Assembly: GCA_023137195.1 (NCBI GenBank)
Contig: JAGLPV010000001.1
Coordinates: 1-64,000 of the forward strand
Direction of reading: 5' to 3'
DNA length: 64,000 nucleotides
Source: Candidatus Aenigmatarchaeota archaeon
Lineage (GTDB): Archaea; EX4484-52
Shown here: piece by piece, positions 48,991 through 59,880 of the stretch
Numbering within the stretch: the stretch's first letter is position 1
Layout: each line of letters starts with the position of its first letter
Made by a program: the position numbers and the translations under genes
The notes under the pieces: model-generated
Databases searched by the model: none
What the model was told of the DNA's origin: nothing
What the model saw: only the letters and a program-made list of their open reading frames with translations

Positions 48991-50121
48991 ATGGACTTGT
49001 TGAACATATTGCTGCATTTTAACCGGGAGACTATTCTTGAATGGTTGCCCGCGGTGATTTGGACACTATCAACAATAATAATATACAAGATATATTCTTT
49101 CTACGGCAAAGAGATTAGGGACCATATAATAAAATTCGCAGTCTACAAGTTGAAGATAAAGCGCGCAAAAAAGACCATATGCGAATTGCACAGGTATACT
49201 GCTATCCTAGTATTGCTTCTGGGAGGGTTGTATGTTATTGATATAGCTCCATTTACTGTTGAAAAGGCAACAGCGTTATCTAATGTATTCAAGACCCTTC
49301 TTATACTTGTCCTGGCAAACCACACAATAATTCTTCTAAAGCAATTTTTGACCCCACTGTTATTGAATCTAGAACAGGACAGGGAAATAGAAGAGATGTC
49401 CAAGGATTATGCAGAAATTATAAAAAAAACAATATTTGTTTTTGTTTTTTTCTCTGCTCTTCTTGCAATAATGCAGTTGTGGAGTATTGATATAACCTGG
49501 CTTGTTACCTCTACCGCAGTCATAGGTCTTGTCCTGGGTCTTGCTGCGCAGAGTACCCTGTCTAATTTAATCGGGGGGTTTGCGATATGCGCGGATAAGG
49601 CATACCAGGAAGGGGATTTATTGAAATTGGAAGACAATACAATAGCGACAGTAAAAAAAATAGGAATAAAATCAACATGGCTTGAGACATATTCTGCTTC
49701 AACCATTATCATCCCTAATTCAGTGATGTCCAATACAAGAATTGAAAATTTAAGTCTTCCATACAACAAAAATCTTGCAAGGATAAAAGTGAATGTATCT
49801 TATGACAGTGATGTAGCACAGGTAAAGCGCGTTTTAATAGATATTGCAAAGAATACAAAAAAAGTGCTGAAACATCCAAGACCATTTGTTTACCTGCTTG
49901 AACTTGGAGATTATGCTCTTAATTTTATATTGGTTTGTCCTATACCAAATATGAAACACAGGCTGGAAATAATTGAAAAGATACATTGCACCATAATAAA
50001 AAGGTTCCGCGAGGAGAATATAAAAATTCCATTCCCTACTCAAATCAGCCATGTTGAGTTTACACAGGGCAAGTACAGTGAATTGAAAGAGGAAGTGTGC
50101 AGAAATGAGATAAAAAGATAA
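48991..50121 (+). CDS. mscS: Small-conductance mechanosensitive channel
   Basis: LGLAAQSTLSNLIGG, GD..., IIIPNS, IKIPFP. Confidence 0.92.
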   Translation: MDLLNILLHFNRETILEWLPAVIWTLSTIIIYKIYSFYGKEIRDHIIKFAVYKLKIKRAKKTICELHRYTAILVLLLGGLYVIDIAPFTVEKATALSNVFKTLLILVLANHTIILLKQFLTPLLLNLEQDREIEEMSKDYAEIIKKTIFVFVFFSALLAIMQLWSIDITWLVTSTAVIGLVLGLAAQSTLSNLIGGFAICADKAYQEGDLLKLEDNTIATVKKIGIKSTWLETYSASTIIIPNSVMSNTRIENLSLPYNKNLARIKVNVSYDSDVAQVKRVLIDIAKNTKKVLKHPRPFVYLLELGDYALNFILVCPIPNMKHRLEIIEKIHCTIIKRFREENIKIPFPTQISHVEFTQGKYSELKEEVCRNEIKR

Positions 50122-50158
50122 GAAATATAGTTTTTAAGCTTTTGTTGAGTTTAGGATT

Positions 50159-51520
50159 ATGTACATTAATAACATAAAAAAGACAGGAAAAATGAGAGTT
50201 CCTGCTGTTGCTTATGCTTCAGATAAGCTATTTTCTTTAATGGAGCAGGATAAAACACTCGAACAGCTCAAAAATATAGCCACCATGCCCGGAATAGTGA
50301 AGCATGCTCTTGCAATGCCTGATGCTCATCAAGGATATGGTTTTCCTATTGGTGGTGTTGCGGCATTTGATTTGGAGGAAGGGGTTGTAAGTCCCGGCGG
50401 TGTTGGATTCGATATTAGTTGCGGTGTGGAATACATAAAGACAGATATTCCAATAAATGAGTTGGAAAAAAACAGGCAGCAGTTGTTGGATTCTCTTGCG
50501 AAGCATGTTCCTGCTGGTTTGGGCAGTTCGTGCGATGTTTTGGAAAAAGATGCGTTGGAAGAAGTATTGTTCCAAGGCGCAAAATACAGCGTTAGACAGG
50601 GTTTTTTGAAGAAGAAGGAATTAAAATATTTTGATGATGATGGATGTATTGATATAGATGAAGACCATGTAAGCGACAGGGCAAAAAAGAGAGGTAAGAA
50701 CCAGCTTGGTTCTCTGGGTTCGGGAAATCATTTTTGTGAGGTGCAGTATGTTGATAAGATATTCGACCAAAAGACTGCTGATTTGTCCGGGTTGTCTGAA
50801 GGGAAGGTTGGTATAATGATTCATTGCGGATCCCGTGGTCTTGGTCACCAAGTTGCAACAGATTATATCAAAAAAATGGAAAATGAGATAAAATACGATG
50901 ATTTGGTTGATAGGGAATTGGTCTGGGCGCCACTAGAAAGCCAGACAGGACAGGAATATTTATGCGCGATGCACCAGGCAGTCAATTATGCTTATGCAAA
51001 CCGGAGTTTTATGTATCATCATATTAAAGAAGCATTTGAAGAGGTTTTTGATAATTCTGCAGATGCTCTTGGAATAGGGCTTGTAAGGGATATATCTCAT
51101 AATATTGCAAGAATTGAAAAGCACAAGATAGATGACAGAGTAGAAAAAGTATGTGTTCACAGGAAAGGGGCTACTTTTTTAAGGGATACTCTTCCTGCCA
51201 TAATTCCGGGGTCCATGGGGACGGCAAGTTACCTGCTTTCAAAAGGAAAAAACGCGGAAGAACTGTCTTTTTCTTCTACCGCCCATGGAGCAGGAAGGGT
51301 TATGAGCAGGACAAAGGCAAAGAAAACATTAAACCAGGAGAAAATAACAGAGGAATTGAACAAAAAAAACATTTCTGTGCATTGTGAGTCGAGATTTGGG
51401 TTTGTCGAGGAAGCCCCGGAGGTTTACAAGGATATTGAAGAGGTAATTAAAGTGTCATGCGGGCTTGGGCTTACAGGGAAAGTTGCAAGACTAAAGCCTG
51501 TTTTGTGTTTGAAAGGGTAA
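50159..51520 (+). CDS. rtcB: RNA-splicing ligase RtcB
   Basis: MPDAHQGYGFPIGG, GFDISCG, GNHF, HCGSRG, HRKGAT, PGSMG, HGAGR, EEAP..YK. Confidence 0.96.
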   Translation: MYINNIKKTGKMRVPAVAYASDKLFSLMEQDKTLEQLKNIATMPGIVKHALAMPDAHQGYGFPIGGVAAFDLEEGVVSPGGVGFDISCGVEYIKTDIPINELEKNRQQLLDSLAKHVPAGLGSSCDVLEKDALEEVLFQGAKYSVRQGFLKKKELKYFDDDGCIDIDEDHVSDRAKKRGKNQLGSLGSGNHFCEVQYVDKIFDQKTADLSGLSEGKVGIMIHCGSRGLGHQVATDYIKKMENEIKYDDLVDRELVWAPLESQTGQEYLCAMHQAVNYAYANRSFMYHHIKEAFEEVFDNSADALGIGLVRDISHNIARIEKHKIDDRVEKVCVHRKGATFLRDTLPAIIPGSMGTASYLLSKGKNAEELSFSSTAHGAGRVMSRTKAKKTLNQEKITEELNKKNISVHCESRFGFVEEAPEVYKDIEEVIKVSCGLGLTGKVARLKPVLCLKG

Positions 51521-51521
51521 A

Positions 51522-52160
51522 TTAATTTTTTTCCAGTACAGAATAAAATTCATCCCAGTCCAGAACAGTGTTTACGCATCCGTCTTTTAGTAAGAGAACT
51601 CCGTATGTAGGGATGTTGTGTTTTGCGCACAATTCAAGTCCTTCTTTTATTTCATATATGCACCCTACTCCAATTATTGCCTTTGGCTTGTACTTTTTGA
51701 TAAGGCGTTTTATGACCGATCCACCAGTCGCTATAAAAAAATTACATCCTGCTTTTTCTGATTTTTTCTTTGCTTCGCCCACAGGACATTGACCACAGTT
51801 GATACAGGATACAAGCCCACCAAATGATTTTGCAGGGCATTTTTCTGAACGCAGGCACTGGGGCATAAATATGCATATGTCCTTGTACGGAGTTTTCTTT
51901 ACTTTCTCTTTGTTCATTTCGTTTTGGACATGGATGTATGTCTGGTCGACAATTTTATCATCAATCCTGAAAAAACGAAATACTGCTTTTAACATGCCGT
52001 AAAACAATACTATGAGCGAAGAAAACAACCTAGGAAACAATATTTTTTTTGTTGCGATGTTGAATGCTATGATTGAAGATAAGAATGCAATAATAATAAT
52101 CGTAAGAAAGAAGACCAACACAGATAGCTTTCCCAGTATTAAAAAAATAGTTTCATACAT
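51522..52160 (-). CDS. DUF116-domain protein
   Basis: PQCLR..CPA...C..CG.C, GGS, IIGVGC..E, LLKDGCVNT. Confidence 0.85.
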   Translation of the reverse strand: MYETIFLILGKLSVLVFFLTIIIIAFLSSIIAFNIATKKILFPRLFSSLIVLFYGMLKAVFRFFRIDDKIVDQTYIHVQNEMNKEKVKKTPYKDICIFMPQCLRSEKCPAKSFGGLVSCINCGQCPVGEAKKKSEKAGCNFFIATGGSVIKRLIKKYKPKAIIGVGCIYEIKEGLELCAKHNIPTYGVLLLKDGCVNTVLDWDEFYSVLEKN

Positions 52161-52162
52161 AT

Positions 52163-53362
52163 TTATTTATGTAAATTAATACTGATGGCTCCTATTTTAT
52201 ATGCCCCGCTGGTTTCAATAGAGATTTGATTCATTCCCATCACAAATGCAGAAACATTCAGGGGGATAGAATAAGTGTCCGGGTTTGGGTTGTTCAATTG
52301 TGTTTTAAATTTATTTAAGATTAATTTAACGGGACGCTTCATTGTTGTTTCATCTATTGTAACATTCATTTCCACTTTGTTTTTTCTCATTAATTTTATG
52401 TCGCTTTCATGCAGGTAAAAAGAATATTTCTTGTTTGAAACAGTGTCTGTATCATAGTATTTTACTGATAGATGGACATTATTTAGAATATAGCCGGAAT
52501 CTTTGTTGGTGGAAAAAATAACAATATTTTCTTTCGGCATCATCTGCGCTTCCAGGTTGGAGAAGGTTTCTTCATATTTTTCCAGGGGGAGCGGCTTTTG
52601 GCTATATATTATGTTGTTGTTGATTATTACCTGCAGAGGGCTGTTTCTCACTGCATCTTCAACAACAAAATCAAGTACACCTACATTCCAACCGTCTATT
52701 TCATAATTTTCCAAAGGGATAGGGAATGTTTTTTCTATGGTGTCTTTTTGGGCAGATATCCTGAAATTCTCAATAACATACTCTGTTTTGCCTATGATAT
52801 TTTCTGATTTACCGGCACTTATTTCTATTTCATGCGTATTTGTTAAATTCATGTATTCTATTGGTATTGAAAAACTGACCGGTCCGCCTTTTTTGGAGGA
52901 ATATGCTGTATTGTTGTTGACACTAATTGTTAAGTCACCCATAGAATGATATTTTGCATTTAAATCAAATTCAATGAAAATATCCTTGTATTTGGCGGGC
53001 GTTACGAAAGATATCTTTCTTGTTTGTTCTGAAAGTAAGTTGTTTTTGATTGTAATTTCTTCTTTTATCTCTTTTATTGTTTTTCTTTCCTGGATGTCTT
53101 CTGAAGTAAGTTTTATTCCTTCTTCGCCGCCGAGGTTAAATATCCTTCTTGCCGGCTTTACAGAGCCCAGAGTACCTACATCCCTGGAGAAAAAGACGGT
53201 TTTTTTTGATCCGAATAAGAAACTAAAAAATCCGCCATTGCTACTACTATAAGAAGCAGAAGTATCTGATGAAATTCCGCCCCCTCCATTGGACGAGGCT
53301 ATGAGTACAAAGGCACAATAAGCCAATACCATGCCCATTATTGCTTTTGAAAACAAATCCAT
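52163..53362 (-). CDS. Hypothetical exported beta-rich protein
   Basis: 399-aa ORF with N-terminal hydrophobic segment. Confidence 0.7.
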   Translation of the reverse strand: MDLFSKAIMGMVLAYCAFVLIASSNGGGGISSDTSASYSSSNGGFFSFLFGSKKTVFFSRDVGTLGSVKPARRIFNLGGEEGIKLTSEDIQERKTIKEIKEEITIKNNLLSEQTRKISFVTPAKYKDIFIEFDLNAKYHSMGDLTISVNNNTAYSSKKGGPVSFSIPIEYMNLTNTHEIEISAGKSENIIGKTEYVIENFRISAQKDTIEKTFPIPLENYEIDGWNVGVLDFVVEDAVRNSPLQVIINNNIIYSQKPLPLEKYEETFSNLEAQMMPKENIVIFSTNKDSGYILNNVHLSVKYYDTDTVSNKKYSFYLHESDIKLMRKNKVEMNVTIDETTMKRPVKLILNKFKTQLNNPNPDTYSIPLNVSAFVMGMNQISIETSGAYKIGAISINLHK

Positions 53363-53464
53363 ATTTAAGAATAGAGCGTTTAATTATTTAAATGTTGTTT
53401 AATTTTCTTCTAATTTCTTTTTATTTTAGAATTTCAGGAGGATAATTATCCGAGTTTGCAGTTT

Positions 53465-54046
53465 TTAGGATTTCTTTTCTTCTGGTTGCTCTTCTTTTTT
53501 GGTTTCTTTTGGCTTTTCTTCCTTCTTGGTTTCCGGTGTTTTTTTTGCTTTAGAATTTTTTGTTTTTTCAACAGGAGTAGTTGTTTCTTTTATCTCTTCT
53601 TTTTTGCCGGTTTTTTCATCTTTTGGTTCTGCTGCCGGTGCTTCTTTGGTTTCCTCTTTTTTCTGTTCTTCTTCCTGTTTTTGGGCTTCTTTTTTCTGTT
53701 CTTCCTTCTTTAATTTTGTTTTATCTTCCCTTTGTTTTACCTGCCCTTCAATATCTATGTTTGTGAGATTTGCAATTACAACTTTTTCTTTTTTATACAT
53801 CTGAATTTTAATGGTTCTTGGTGGGTTTTTTATCCCGTGTTTCCATATAAATTCATTTAGTTCTACGCCGATTTTTATGTTCTTTACATCTGCTTTTGCA
53901 TGTCTTGAGGCGTATTTTCTTATAAGTGCGATGCTTTTTTTTGCCCTTATTGTGTATTTTCCTTTGTTGTAGGCATCTTTGAGTGGAACGATTGCTGTTT
54001 TAATCTGCTGTTTGCTTGTTGCTTTTTCCTGTTTCATGTTAATCAT
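53465..54046 (-). CDS. rpl31e: 50S ribosomal protein L31e with long K/E-rich C-terminal tail
   Basis: VPLKDAY...RAKKSIALIR...LNEFIWKHGIKNPP. Confidence 0.9.
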   Translation of the reverse strand: MINMKQEKATSKQQIKTAIVPLKDAYNKGKYTIRAKKSIALIRKYASRHAKADVKNIKIGVELNEFIWKHGIKNPPRTIKIQMYKKEKVVIANLTNIDIEGQVKQREDKTKLKKEEQKKEAQKQEEEQKKEETKEAPAAEPKDEKTGKKEEIKETTTPVEKTKNSKAKKTPETKKEEKPKETKKEEQPEEKKS

Positions 54047-54216
54047 ATTTTTAATTTAGAACTACGTCTCCAGTGTCTGCTCCTGAATCGTTTAAGACTT
54101 CTGAACCTTGCTTTTTGCAGACCATAAACTTTTATGTCAATCCATCGTGGTGACGGATCTGCTTTTCTGTGAGCCACTGCCAATTTTATTTTCCTTCCAA
54201 GTGTTTTTTTACCCAT
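54043..54216 (-). CDS. rpl39e: 50S ribosomal protein L39e (57 aa)
   Basis: Below ORF-track cutoff. MGKKTLGRKIKLAVAHRKADPSPRWIDIK...RHWRRSSKLKI; stop overlaps the L31e ATG (conserved gene order). Confidence 0.9.
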   Translation of the reverse strand: MGKKTLGRKIKLAVAHRKADPSPRWIDIKVYGLQKARFRSLKRFRSRHWRRSSKLKI

Positions 54217-54293
54217 ATTGCGTTAAGTTTACTGTTTTCTTTACTTTATATACAATAGAATAAAATAAAAGCTTTAAATAGTTAAAACAAGTT

Positions 54294-56642
54294 TTATCCA
54301 TAATTTGTTAAATTTTCTGCCTGTAGGTTTTTTGTTTTGTTCACTGTTTTTTCAAATGATTTTATCTCTTCAGGACTGATTGAAGGCTTGAATGTTTCCA
54401 GGGTTTTCAAGAAATCATCGTGAGTGACTATTTTTGCCTTCTCATCCTTTCTCAATACACCAAGGGACGTTTCCCTGCATAAGTTTTCAATATCTGCTCC
54501 GACAAAGTTTTTTGTTTTTTCAACTAACTCGTCAAGATTTACGTTATTGTCCAATGGCATTTTTTTGGTGTTTAGTTCAAATATTTTTTTTCTTGATTTA
54601 TCGTCAGGTAGAGGGACATAGATGTGCCTGTCGAATCTCCCGTTTCTTATGAATGCAGTATCTACTAAGTCAGGACGGTTTGTTGCTGCAATCAATACAA
54701 CTCCTTTCAGACCTTCAATACCATCTATTTCTGTCAAAAATTGTGTTATTATGCTTTCTGTTGGTTCAGAGCCCATTCCTCTTTTCTTGAAGATGGCGTC
54801 AATTTCATCTATAAATATTATGCATGGAGATACCTGTCTTGCTTTCTTGAATATGTCCTTTATGTATTTTTCGCTCTCTCCCAGCCATTTGCTCAATATA
54901 TCGCTTGCTTTGATTGAGATAAAATTGCTTTGGGCCTCGTGCGCAATTGCCTTTACAAGAAGCGTTTTTCCAACTCCCGGAACGCCATACAACAATATGC
55001 CCTGTGGTGGACGGATGCCCATTTTCTTAAACAGGTGAGGGCGTTTAATCGGCCATTCAATAACTTCCTTTAATTTTTGTTTTATGTCATCGAGTCCGCC
55101 AATGTCGTCCCAAGTAGTTTTCGGTATGTCAATCATGACTTCTCTCATAGCAGATGGTTCAATGACATGTATTGCTTTCTTAAAATCTGATTTAGAAATA
55201 GACATTTTTTCCAGTTCGTCTTTAGTCAATTCATCTTCCTTTAAATCAAGTTCAGGAAGTGTTCTTTTAAGACATACCAGGGCCGCTTCTTTACATAATC
55301 CTTCTAAATCAGCGCCGGAATATCCGCATGTTTCATTTGCTATTATTTTCGGGTCAACATCCTTTTCAATAGGCATGAACCTTGTGTGTATCTGGAGTAT
55401 TTCTTCTCTTGCTTTTGTGTTAGGCGGGCTTATTTCTATTTCCCTGTCAAACCTTCCCGGGCGCCTTAAAGCATTGTCTATTGCATTAGGACGGTTTGTG
55501 GCTGCAAGTACTATTACCTGTTTCCTGGCAGTAAGTCCATCCATGCATGCTAAAATCTGTGCAACTACCTTTCTGTCAACCACCTCGGAATAAATGTCAT
55601 CTCTTTTTGGAGCAATGGCATCAATCTCATCTATAAATATAATACAAGGCGCATTATCCTGGGCTTCTTTAAATAGTTGTCTTATCTTTTTTTCACTGTC
55701 TCCCACCCATTTGCTCATTATTTCAGAGCCATTAACTGCTTTAAAACTCGCCCTGCTCTCATTTGCGATAGCTTTTGCAATCAAGGTCTTTCCACAGCCG
55801 GGAGGACCATAGAGTAGAATTCCTTTTGGGGGAGAGATTCCCAGTTTGGAAAAGATTTCCGGGTGGTTCAAAGGGATATCTATGATTTCCCTTATTTTTT
55901 TTAATTCTTCTTTCAGACCACCTACATCCTCGTAACTGTAAACTTCCAGTCCATATTTTTTTAGTCCCTTGTTGCTTATCTCAACAATCGTGTTTTTTGT
56001 AATCTTTAAAAATTCTGATTCCGGTTTTGTTTCTGTTACTTGGAAAACCATATTCTGAAAACTTACGGACAATGCTTCGGCAACATCGAGCCCGGCAGTT
56101 TCTTCTACAGCATCAACTAATTCCTGTTGTTTTGGGCTTATTGGAGAAATCAAATCTTTCTTTGTGACTATCCTTCCGAAAAAAAGAGAATATGCATCTT
56201 TTTTTGAAACATCCAAAACTACACTTTTATTGAGTGGCTTTAATTTAATAACTTTTGCTTCAGGAACTTCTTTAAGCGGTTTTAAAACCACTTTATCTCC
56301 CACAGTAATTCCCAGGTTTTTCCTGGTAATCCCGTCAATCCGGATAATATCTAAGTTCAGATCAGAAGGATATGCCCTTACAGCAAGAACTGCACTTTTT
56401 TTTCGTCCATTTAGTTCTATTGCGTCTCCTTCACGTATACCTAAGGTAGACATATATTTATAATCAATTCTTCCGATGCCGATACCAATCTCGCTTTGTG
56501 CAAAAGAAGGAATCTCACCAACGGTGAGTACGCATTCACTCAATCTTTTTGCGACTTTTTTTTCTGTATCTGTAGAATGATTAGCAGTAGTGGGCGTGAT
56601 AGCATTATTTTGACCAGATGTATTTTCGACAGGATTGTCCAT
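54294..56642 (-). CDS. cdc48: CDC48/VCP-family AAA+ ATPase
   Basis: N-domain IRIDG..RKN; two AAA modules ([24 protein letters not shown]) with RPGRFDR and GRFDR. Confidence 0.95.
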   Translation of the reverse strand: MDNPVENTSGQNNAITPTTANHSTDTEKKVAKRLSECVLTVGEIPSFAQSEIGIGIGRIDYKYMSTLGIREGDAIELNGRKKSAVLAVRAYPSDLNLDIIRIDGITRKNLGITVGDKVVLKPLKEVPEAKVIKLKPLNKSVVLDVSKKDAYSLFFGRIVTKKDLISPISPKQQELVDAVEETAGLDVAEALSVSFQNMVFQVTETKPESEFLKITKNTIVEISNKGLKKYGLEVYSYEDVGGLKEELKKIREIIDIPLNHPEIFSKLGISPPKGILLYGPPGCGKTLIAKAIANESRASFKAVNGSEIMSKWVGDSEKKIRQLFKEAQDNAPCIIFIDEIDAIAPKRDDIYSEVVDRKVVAQILACMDGLTARKQVIVLAATNRPNAIDNALRRPGRFDREIEISPPNTKAREEILQIHTRFMPIEKDVDPKIIANETCGYSGADLEGLCKEAALVCLKRTLPELDLKEDELTKDELEKMSISKSDFKKAIHVIEPSAMREVMIDIPKTTWDDIGGLDDIKQKLKEVIEWPIKRPHLFKKMGIRPPQGILLYGVPGVGKTLLVKAIAHEAQSNFISIKASDILSKWLGESEKYIKDIFKKARQVSPCIIFIDEIDAIFKKRGMGSEPTESIITQFLTEIDGIEGLKGVVLIAATNRPDLVDTAFIRNGRFDRHIYVPLPDDKSRKKIFELNTKKMPLDNNVNLDELVEKTKNFVGADIENLCRETSLGVLRKDEKAKIVTHDDFLKTLETFKPSISPEEIKSFEKTVNKTKNLQAENLTNYG

Positions 56643-56691
56643 ATTATAAGAATATACAGCAGAGATTTTATAAATTTTTAGGAAATCTGGT

Positions 56692-58005
56692 TTATTTAAT
56701 CTCAATCATCCCGCCATTTGCCATTATATGAAACGTTTTGCCCAAAACATAGCCTTCTTCGCTTGCAAGGGAGGCAAAACTTGCCAGTTTCTCCATGTTG
56801 CCGTGACTAGGTATTATGTTTTTTGGTTTAAGCAGTCTTATCATATCTCTATGGTCTTCTCTTTTTGCATGTCCTGAAACATGGACATTGTTTATTACAC
56901 GGGCTCCTTTTTTCCTGAGCAATATTTCCATATTATGCTTGTTTGCCTTATTTATCGGGCTGGGAATAGTGAAAGAAGAAAAGATTACTTCATCTTCTTT
57001 TTGGAATTTGTAGTCCAAATCATCTTTTGCCATGGAAGCCAGCACAGAGTTTGGTTCTCCCTGGTTTCCTGTAACAACCATAAGATATTTTTCCGGGTTC
57101 TGCGCAACTTTTTGCAGGACAGATCCGCTTTGATTTTTACTGGAACAAATTATAACTTCGCTCAAATCAATTAAATTCAACTTTGCCGCGGCTTTCATGT
57201 AAGTGGACATAGATCTTCCTATGCATATTATCTTTCGCCTGCCTTCATTTGCTTTAATGATGTTTCTCATCCGGGCAATGTGCGATGCGAATGTTGTTAT
57301 TACAACAGCTTTTCCAGACTGGTATGCGCGGTTTAGGGCATCATGCACCATAATCTGTGCGATGTATTCTGATGCTGTTCTTTCAGACTCTTCAATTCTT
57401 ACACTTTCTTCGATATGCACTTTTATGCCCATCTTGGCAAGCTGTTCCATCCTTGCGTAGTCTGGTTTCTTGCCCATTGTCGGGGTGTTGTCGAGTTTAT
57501 AATCATTCAGGTAAGTTACGATTCCCTCTTTTGTGTGGATAGCAATAAGTGTTGCCTGTGGGATACTGTGGGTTATGTGCACAAGTTCGATTTTTATATC
57601 CTGTGTTGCCTTAAGAATAGACCCGGTATTTAGGGGCATCAAATTGCCGAGCAATGATCTTTTTTTCTTGTCCTTTACTATGTGCTTGATTATTTCGATA
57701 GTGTAGGGAGTCCCTATTATAGGACACTTGTATCTTTCTGCCAATACGGGGATTGCTCCTATGTGGTCCAGATGTGCGTGAGATGCTACTATGGCCACAA
57801 CTTTTTTGTTGTGGAGAATAGAATCATCCGGGACTGCGCCTTCCTTGATTAAAACATCATCGGGCACGTCATTCGTCTCTTCCTGTAGAGGAATTATTTT
57901 TTCCATGAAAAAGCCCATATCGCATATTACGACTTCTCCATTCACTTCAATAGCGGTCATGTTTTTGCCTACTTCATTATATCCGCCTATAGAATAAATT
58001 TTCAT
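56692..58005 (-). CDS. rnj: Ribonuclease J (beta-CASP)
   Basis: GGYNEVGKNMT, SHAHLDHIG, HSIP, FASHIAR, TGNQGEP, HVSGHA. Confidence 0.94.
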   Translation of the reverse strand: MKIYSIGGYNEVGKNMTAIEVNGEVVICDMGFFMEKIIPLQEETNDVPDDVLIKEGAVPDDSILHNKKVVAIVASHAHLDHIGAIPVLAERYKCPIIGTPYTIEIIKHIVKDKKKRSLLGNLMPLNTGSILKATQDIKIELVHITHSIPQATLIAIHTKEGIVTYLNDYKLDNTPTMGKKPDYARMEQLAKMGIKVHIEESVRIEESERTASEYIAQIMVHDALNRAYQSGKAVVITTFASHIARMRNIIKANEGRRKIICIGRSMSTYMKAAAKLNLIDLSEVIICSSKNQSGSVLQKVAQNPEKYLMVVTGNQGEPNSVLASMAKDDLDYKFQKEDEVIFSSFTIPSPINKANKHNMEILLRKKGARVINNVHVSGHAKREDHRDMIRLLKPKNIIPSHGNMEKLASFASLASEEGYVLGKTFHIMANGGMIEIK

Positions 58006-58165
58006 ATTATCACAATTATATTATTTTATATTATTTAAAAGAATATTAGAAAAATTAATTATTAAACTAATATTTTTTTTCTTTATTTCGTCTATTTTCA
58101 TTTTATATTAAAAAAACAATATTTATTGCGCATCTATTAAAAATAAAATACGCAATAAAAAAGAT

Positions 58166-58480
58166 TTATCCAAACAATGCTCCCAGTCCTGCAGCTGCTT
58201 CTTCCTCTTTCTTTGCTTCTTCTGCTGCAGATGGTTTTTCTTCCTTTTTTTCTGATCCTGCCTTTTCTGCCGGTGCTGCCGCTGCTACGGGTGCCGCTGC
58301 TACTGCAACGCTTTTGTTCATTGCTTCTTCTATATCAACATCTTTTAATGCTGCTGTAAGTGCTTTTATTCGTGCTTCATCTGGTTTTACACCAACACTT
58401 GTCAATATCTTTTTTATATTTTCTTCATTTATATCTTTTCCTACTTTGTGCAAAATCATTGCGCTGTAAATATATTCCAT
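58166..58480 (-). CDS. rpl12: 50S ribosomal stalk protein P1/L12
   Basis: [11 protein letters not shown]..., Ala-rich hinge, [13 protein letters not shown]. Confidence 0.96.
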   Translation of the reverse strand: MEYIYSAMILHKVGKDINEENIKKILTSVGVKPDEARIKALTAALKDVDIEEAMNKSVAVAAAPVAAAAPAEKAGSEKKEEKPSAAEEAKKEEEAAAGLGALFG

Positions 58481-58497
58481 TTTTTTCACCTATTTAT

Positions 58498-59043
58498 TTA
58501 TAGTTTATTATCCTTTATTTTTTTTGCTAGATTCTCTGTTGCTCTTTCTATTTCACTTTCGCTTCTGGCGCCTGTACATACGATTCTGCCTGAATTGAAG
58601 AGAAGAAAGACCACGTGAGGATCATTTAATCTTAATATTAGCCCTGGGAATGATTCCGGTTCGTATTCGCATCCGTCTAATGCAAATGCGATTTTGTCCA
58701 GTACTAATGTCCGGTTTAATGTGCCTGATGCAACCATGTTTACGATTTCTTCGTCCGGTTCCTGATCAATTGTTATACCTTGATTTCTTAATATGTCCAT
58801 CAGGAATCTTGTCGCTTCCTGCGCTAGTTTAAATGATTTTGTTCCTGAGCATATTATCTTTCCTGTTGAAAAGATTAGATAATTTGCTTTTGGGTCCTTT
58901 GTCCTGTAAACAAGTCCGGGAAATACTTCCGGCTCATATTCTGCATCGTCCAGATTGTTTGCGAGTTTCTCTAAAGGAACTTCGCAGTGCAAATCTGTCG
59001 ACACGACAACATTATGTACTTTTAAATCATATTCTCCTGCCAT
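58498..59043 (-). CDS. tbp: TATA-box binding protein
   Basis: Two repeats NVVVS...EYEPEVFPGLVYR and NMVAS...EYEPESFPGLILR. Confidence 0.97.
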   Translation of the reverse strand: MAGEYDLKVHNVVVSTDLHCEVPLEKLANNLDDAEYEPEVFPGLVYRTKDPKANYLIFSTGKIICSGTKSFKLAQEATRFLMDILRNQGITIDQEPDEEIVNMVASGTLNRTLVLDKIAFALDGCEYEPESFPGLILRLNDPHVVFLLFNSGRIVCTGARSESEIERATENLAKKIKDNKL

Positions 59044-59140
59044 AATATTAGTTAGTTTAAAAGGAAGGTTTAAAAAGGTTTAGTCATTTTTCTCCGTTTT
59101 AGGGTTACGTAGCTCTAAACGGCATTTTATTTTCTATAGA

Positions 59141-59836
59141 TTATTTGCTAAGATAATGTTTTCGTTTCGTTTCGTCGAATTTTTCTATTGAATACCTTAG
59201 CATTGTCCTCGGCATTGTTTTGTGATGTTTTTCAAGGAAGTTCTCTTCTTCGTTTTGGTTTCTTTTGCCGATTTCCCTGAGCATCCAGCCGACTGCTTTG
59301 TGTATTAGGTCGTGGTCGTCATTTAGAAGTAGTTTGGATATTTTTAACGCATCATTGAATTTGTTGTTTTTTATGAAATGAAATGTCGACATTATTGATA
59401 TTCTTCTTTCCCACAGGTTTTCTGATTTTGCCATTTGGTATAAAATAGACTTGTCTTTTTCGAGCAGATAAGTTCCCAAAATATGCTCTGCAGATGAGTC
59501 GACCAGATCCCAGTTGTTTATGTTTTTTGTATTGGTTAAGTAAAAATCAAATATTTCTTTTTTTTCCTGTTCATCTGCTTTTCTGTATTTTAGGATCAGT
59601 ATGAATAAGGCGGTTAATCTCTCTTCATGTATCTTGCTCCAAAGTAGTTTTTGTATGTTTTCTATTGATAAATTAGGATATTTTTTTGCTATTTTTCTCT
59701 GGTCCGGGACTGAGACGCCCAAAAATATATCGCCCTCTCCATATTGTCCTTTTCCTGTCTTAAAAAAACCCCGCATGATTTCTGCTTTTTGCGGGTTTTT
59801 TAGGTTTAGTAGATTCTTTTTTAGTTGGGTTAGCAT
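59141..59836 (-). CDS. DNA alkylation repair protein (AlkD-like)
   Basis: FFKTGKGQYGEGD.FLG, INNWDLVD, LWERR, HKAVGWMLRE, MPRTMLRY. Confidence 0.9.
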   Translation of the reverse strand: MLTQLKKNLLNLKNPQKAEIMRGFFKTGKGQYGEGDIFLGVSVPDQRKIAKKYPNLSIENIQKLLWSKIHEERLTALFILILKYRKADEQEKKEIFDFYLTNTKNINNWDLVDSSAEHILGTYLLEKDKSILYQMAKSENLWERRISIMSTFHFIKNNKFNDALKISKLLLNDDHDLIHKAVGWMLREIGKRNQNEEENFLEKHHKTMPRTMLRYSIEKFDETKRKHYLSK

Positions 59837-59880
59837 GAAGGTATATGAGTTTTAGAAAATATAAGTGTGATGTTTTTACT

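Noticed and set aside
53465-53760. Long charged tails on L31e (and TFB)
   Set aside because: Low-complexity extensions are common on such proteins; no domain evidence.
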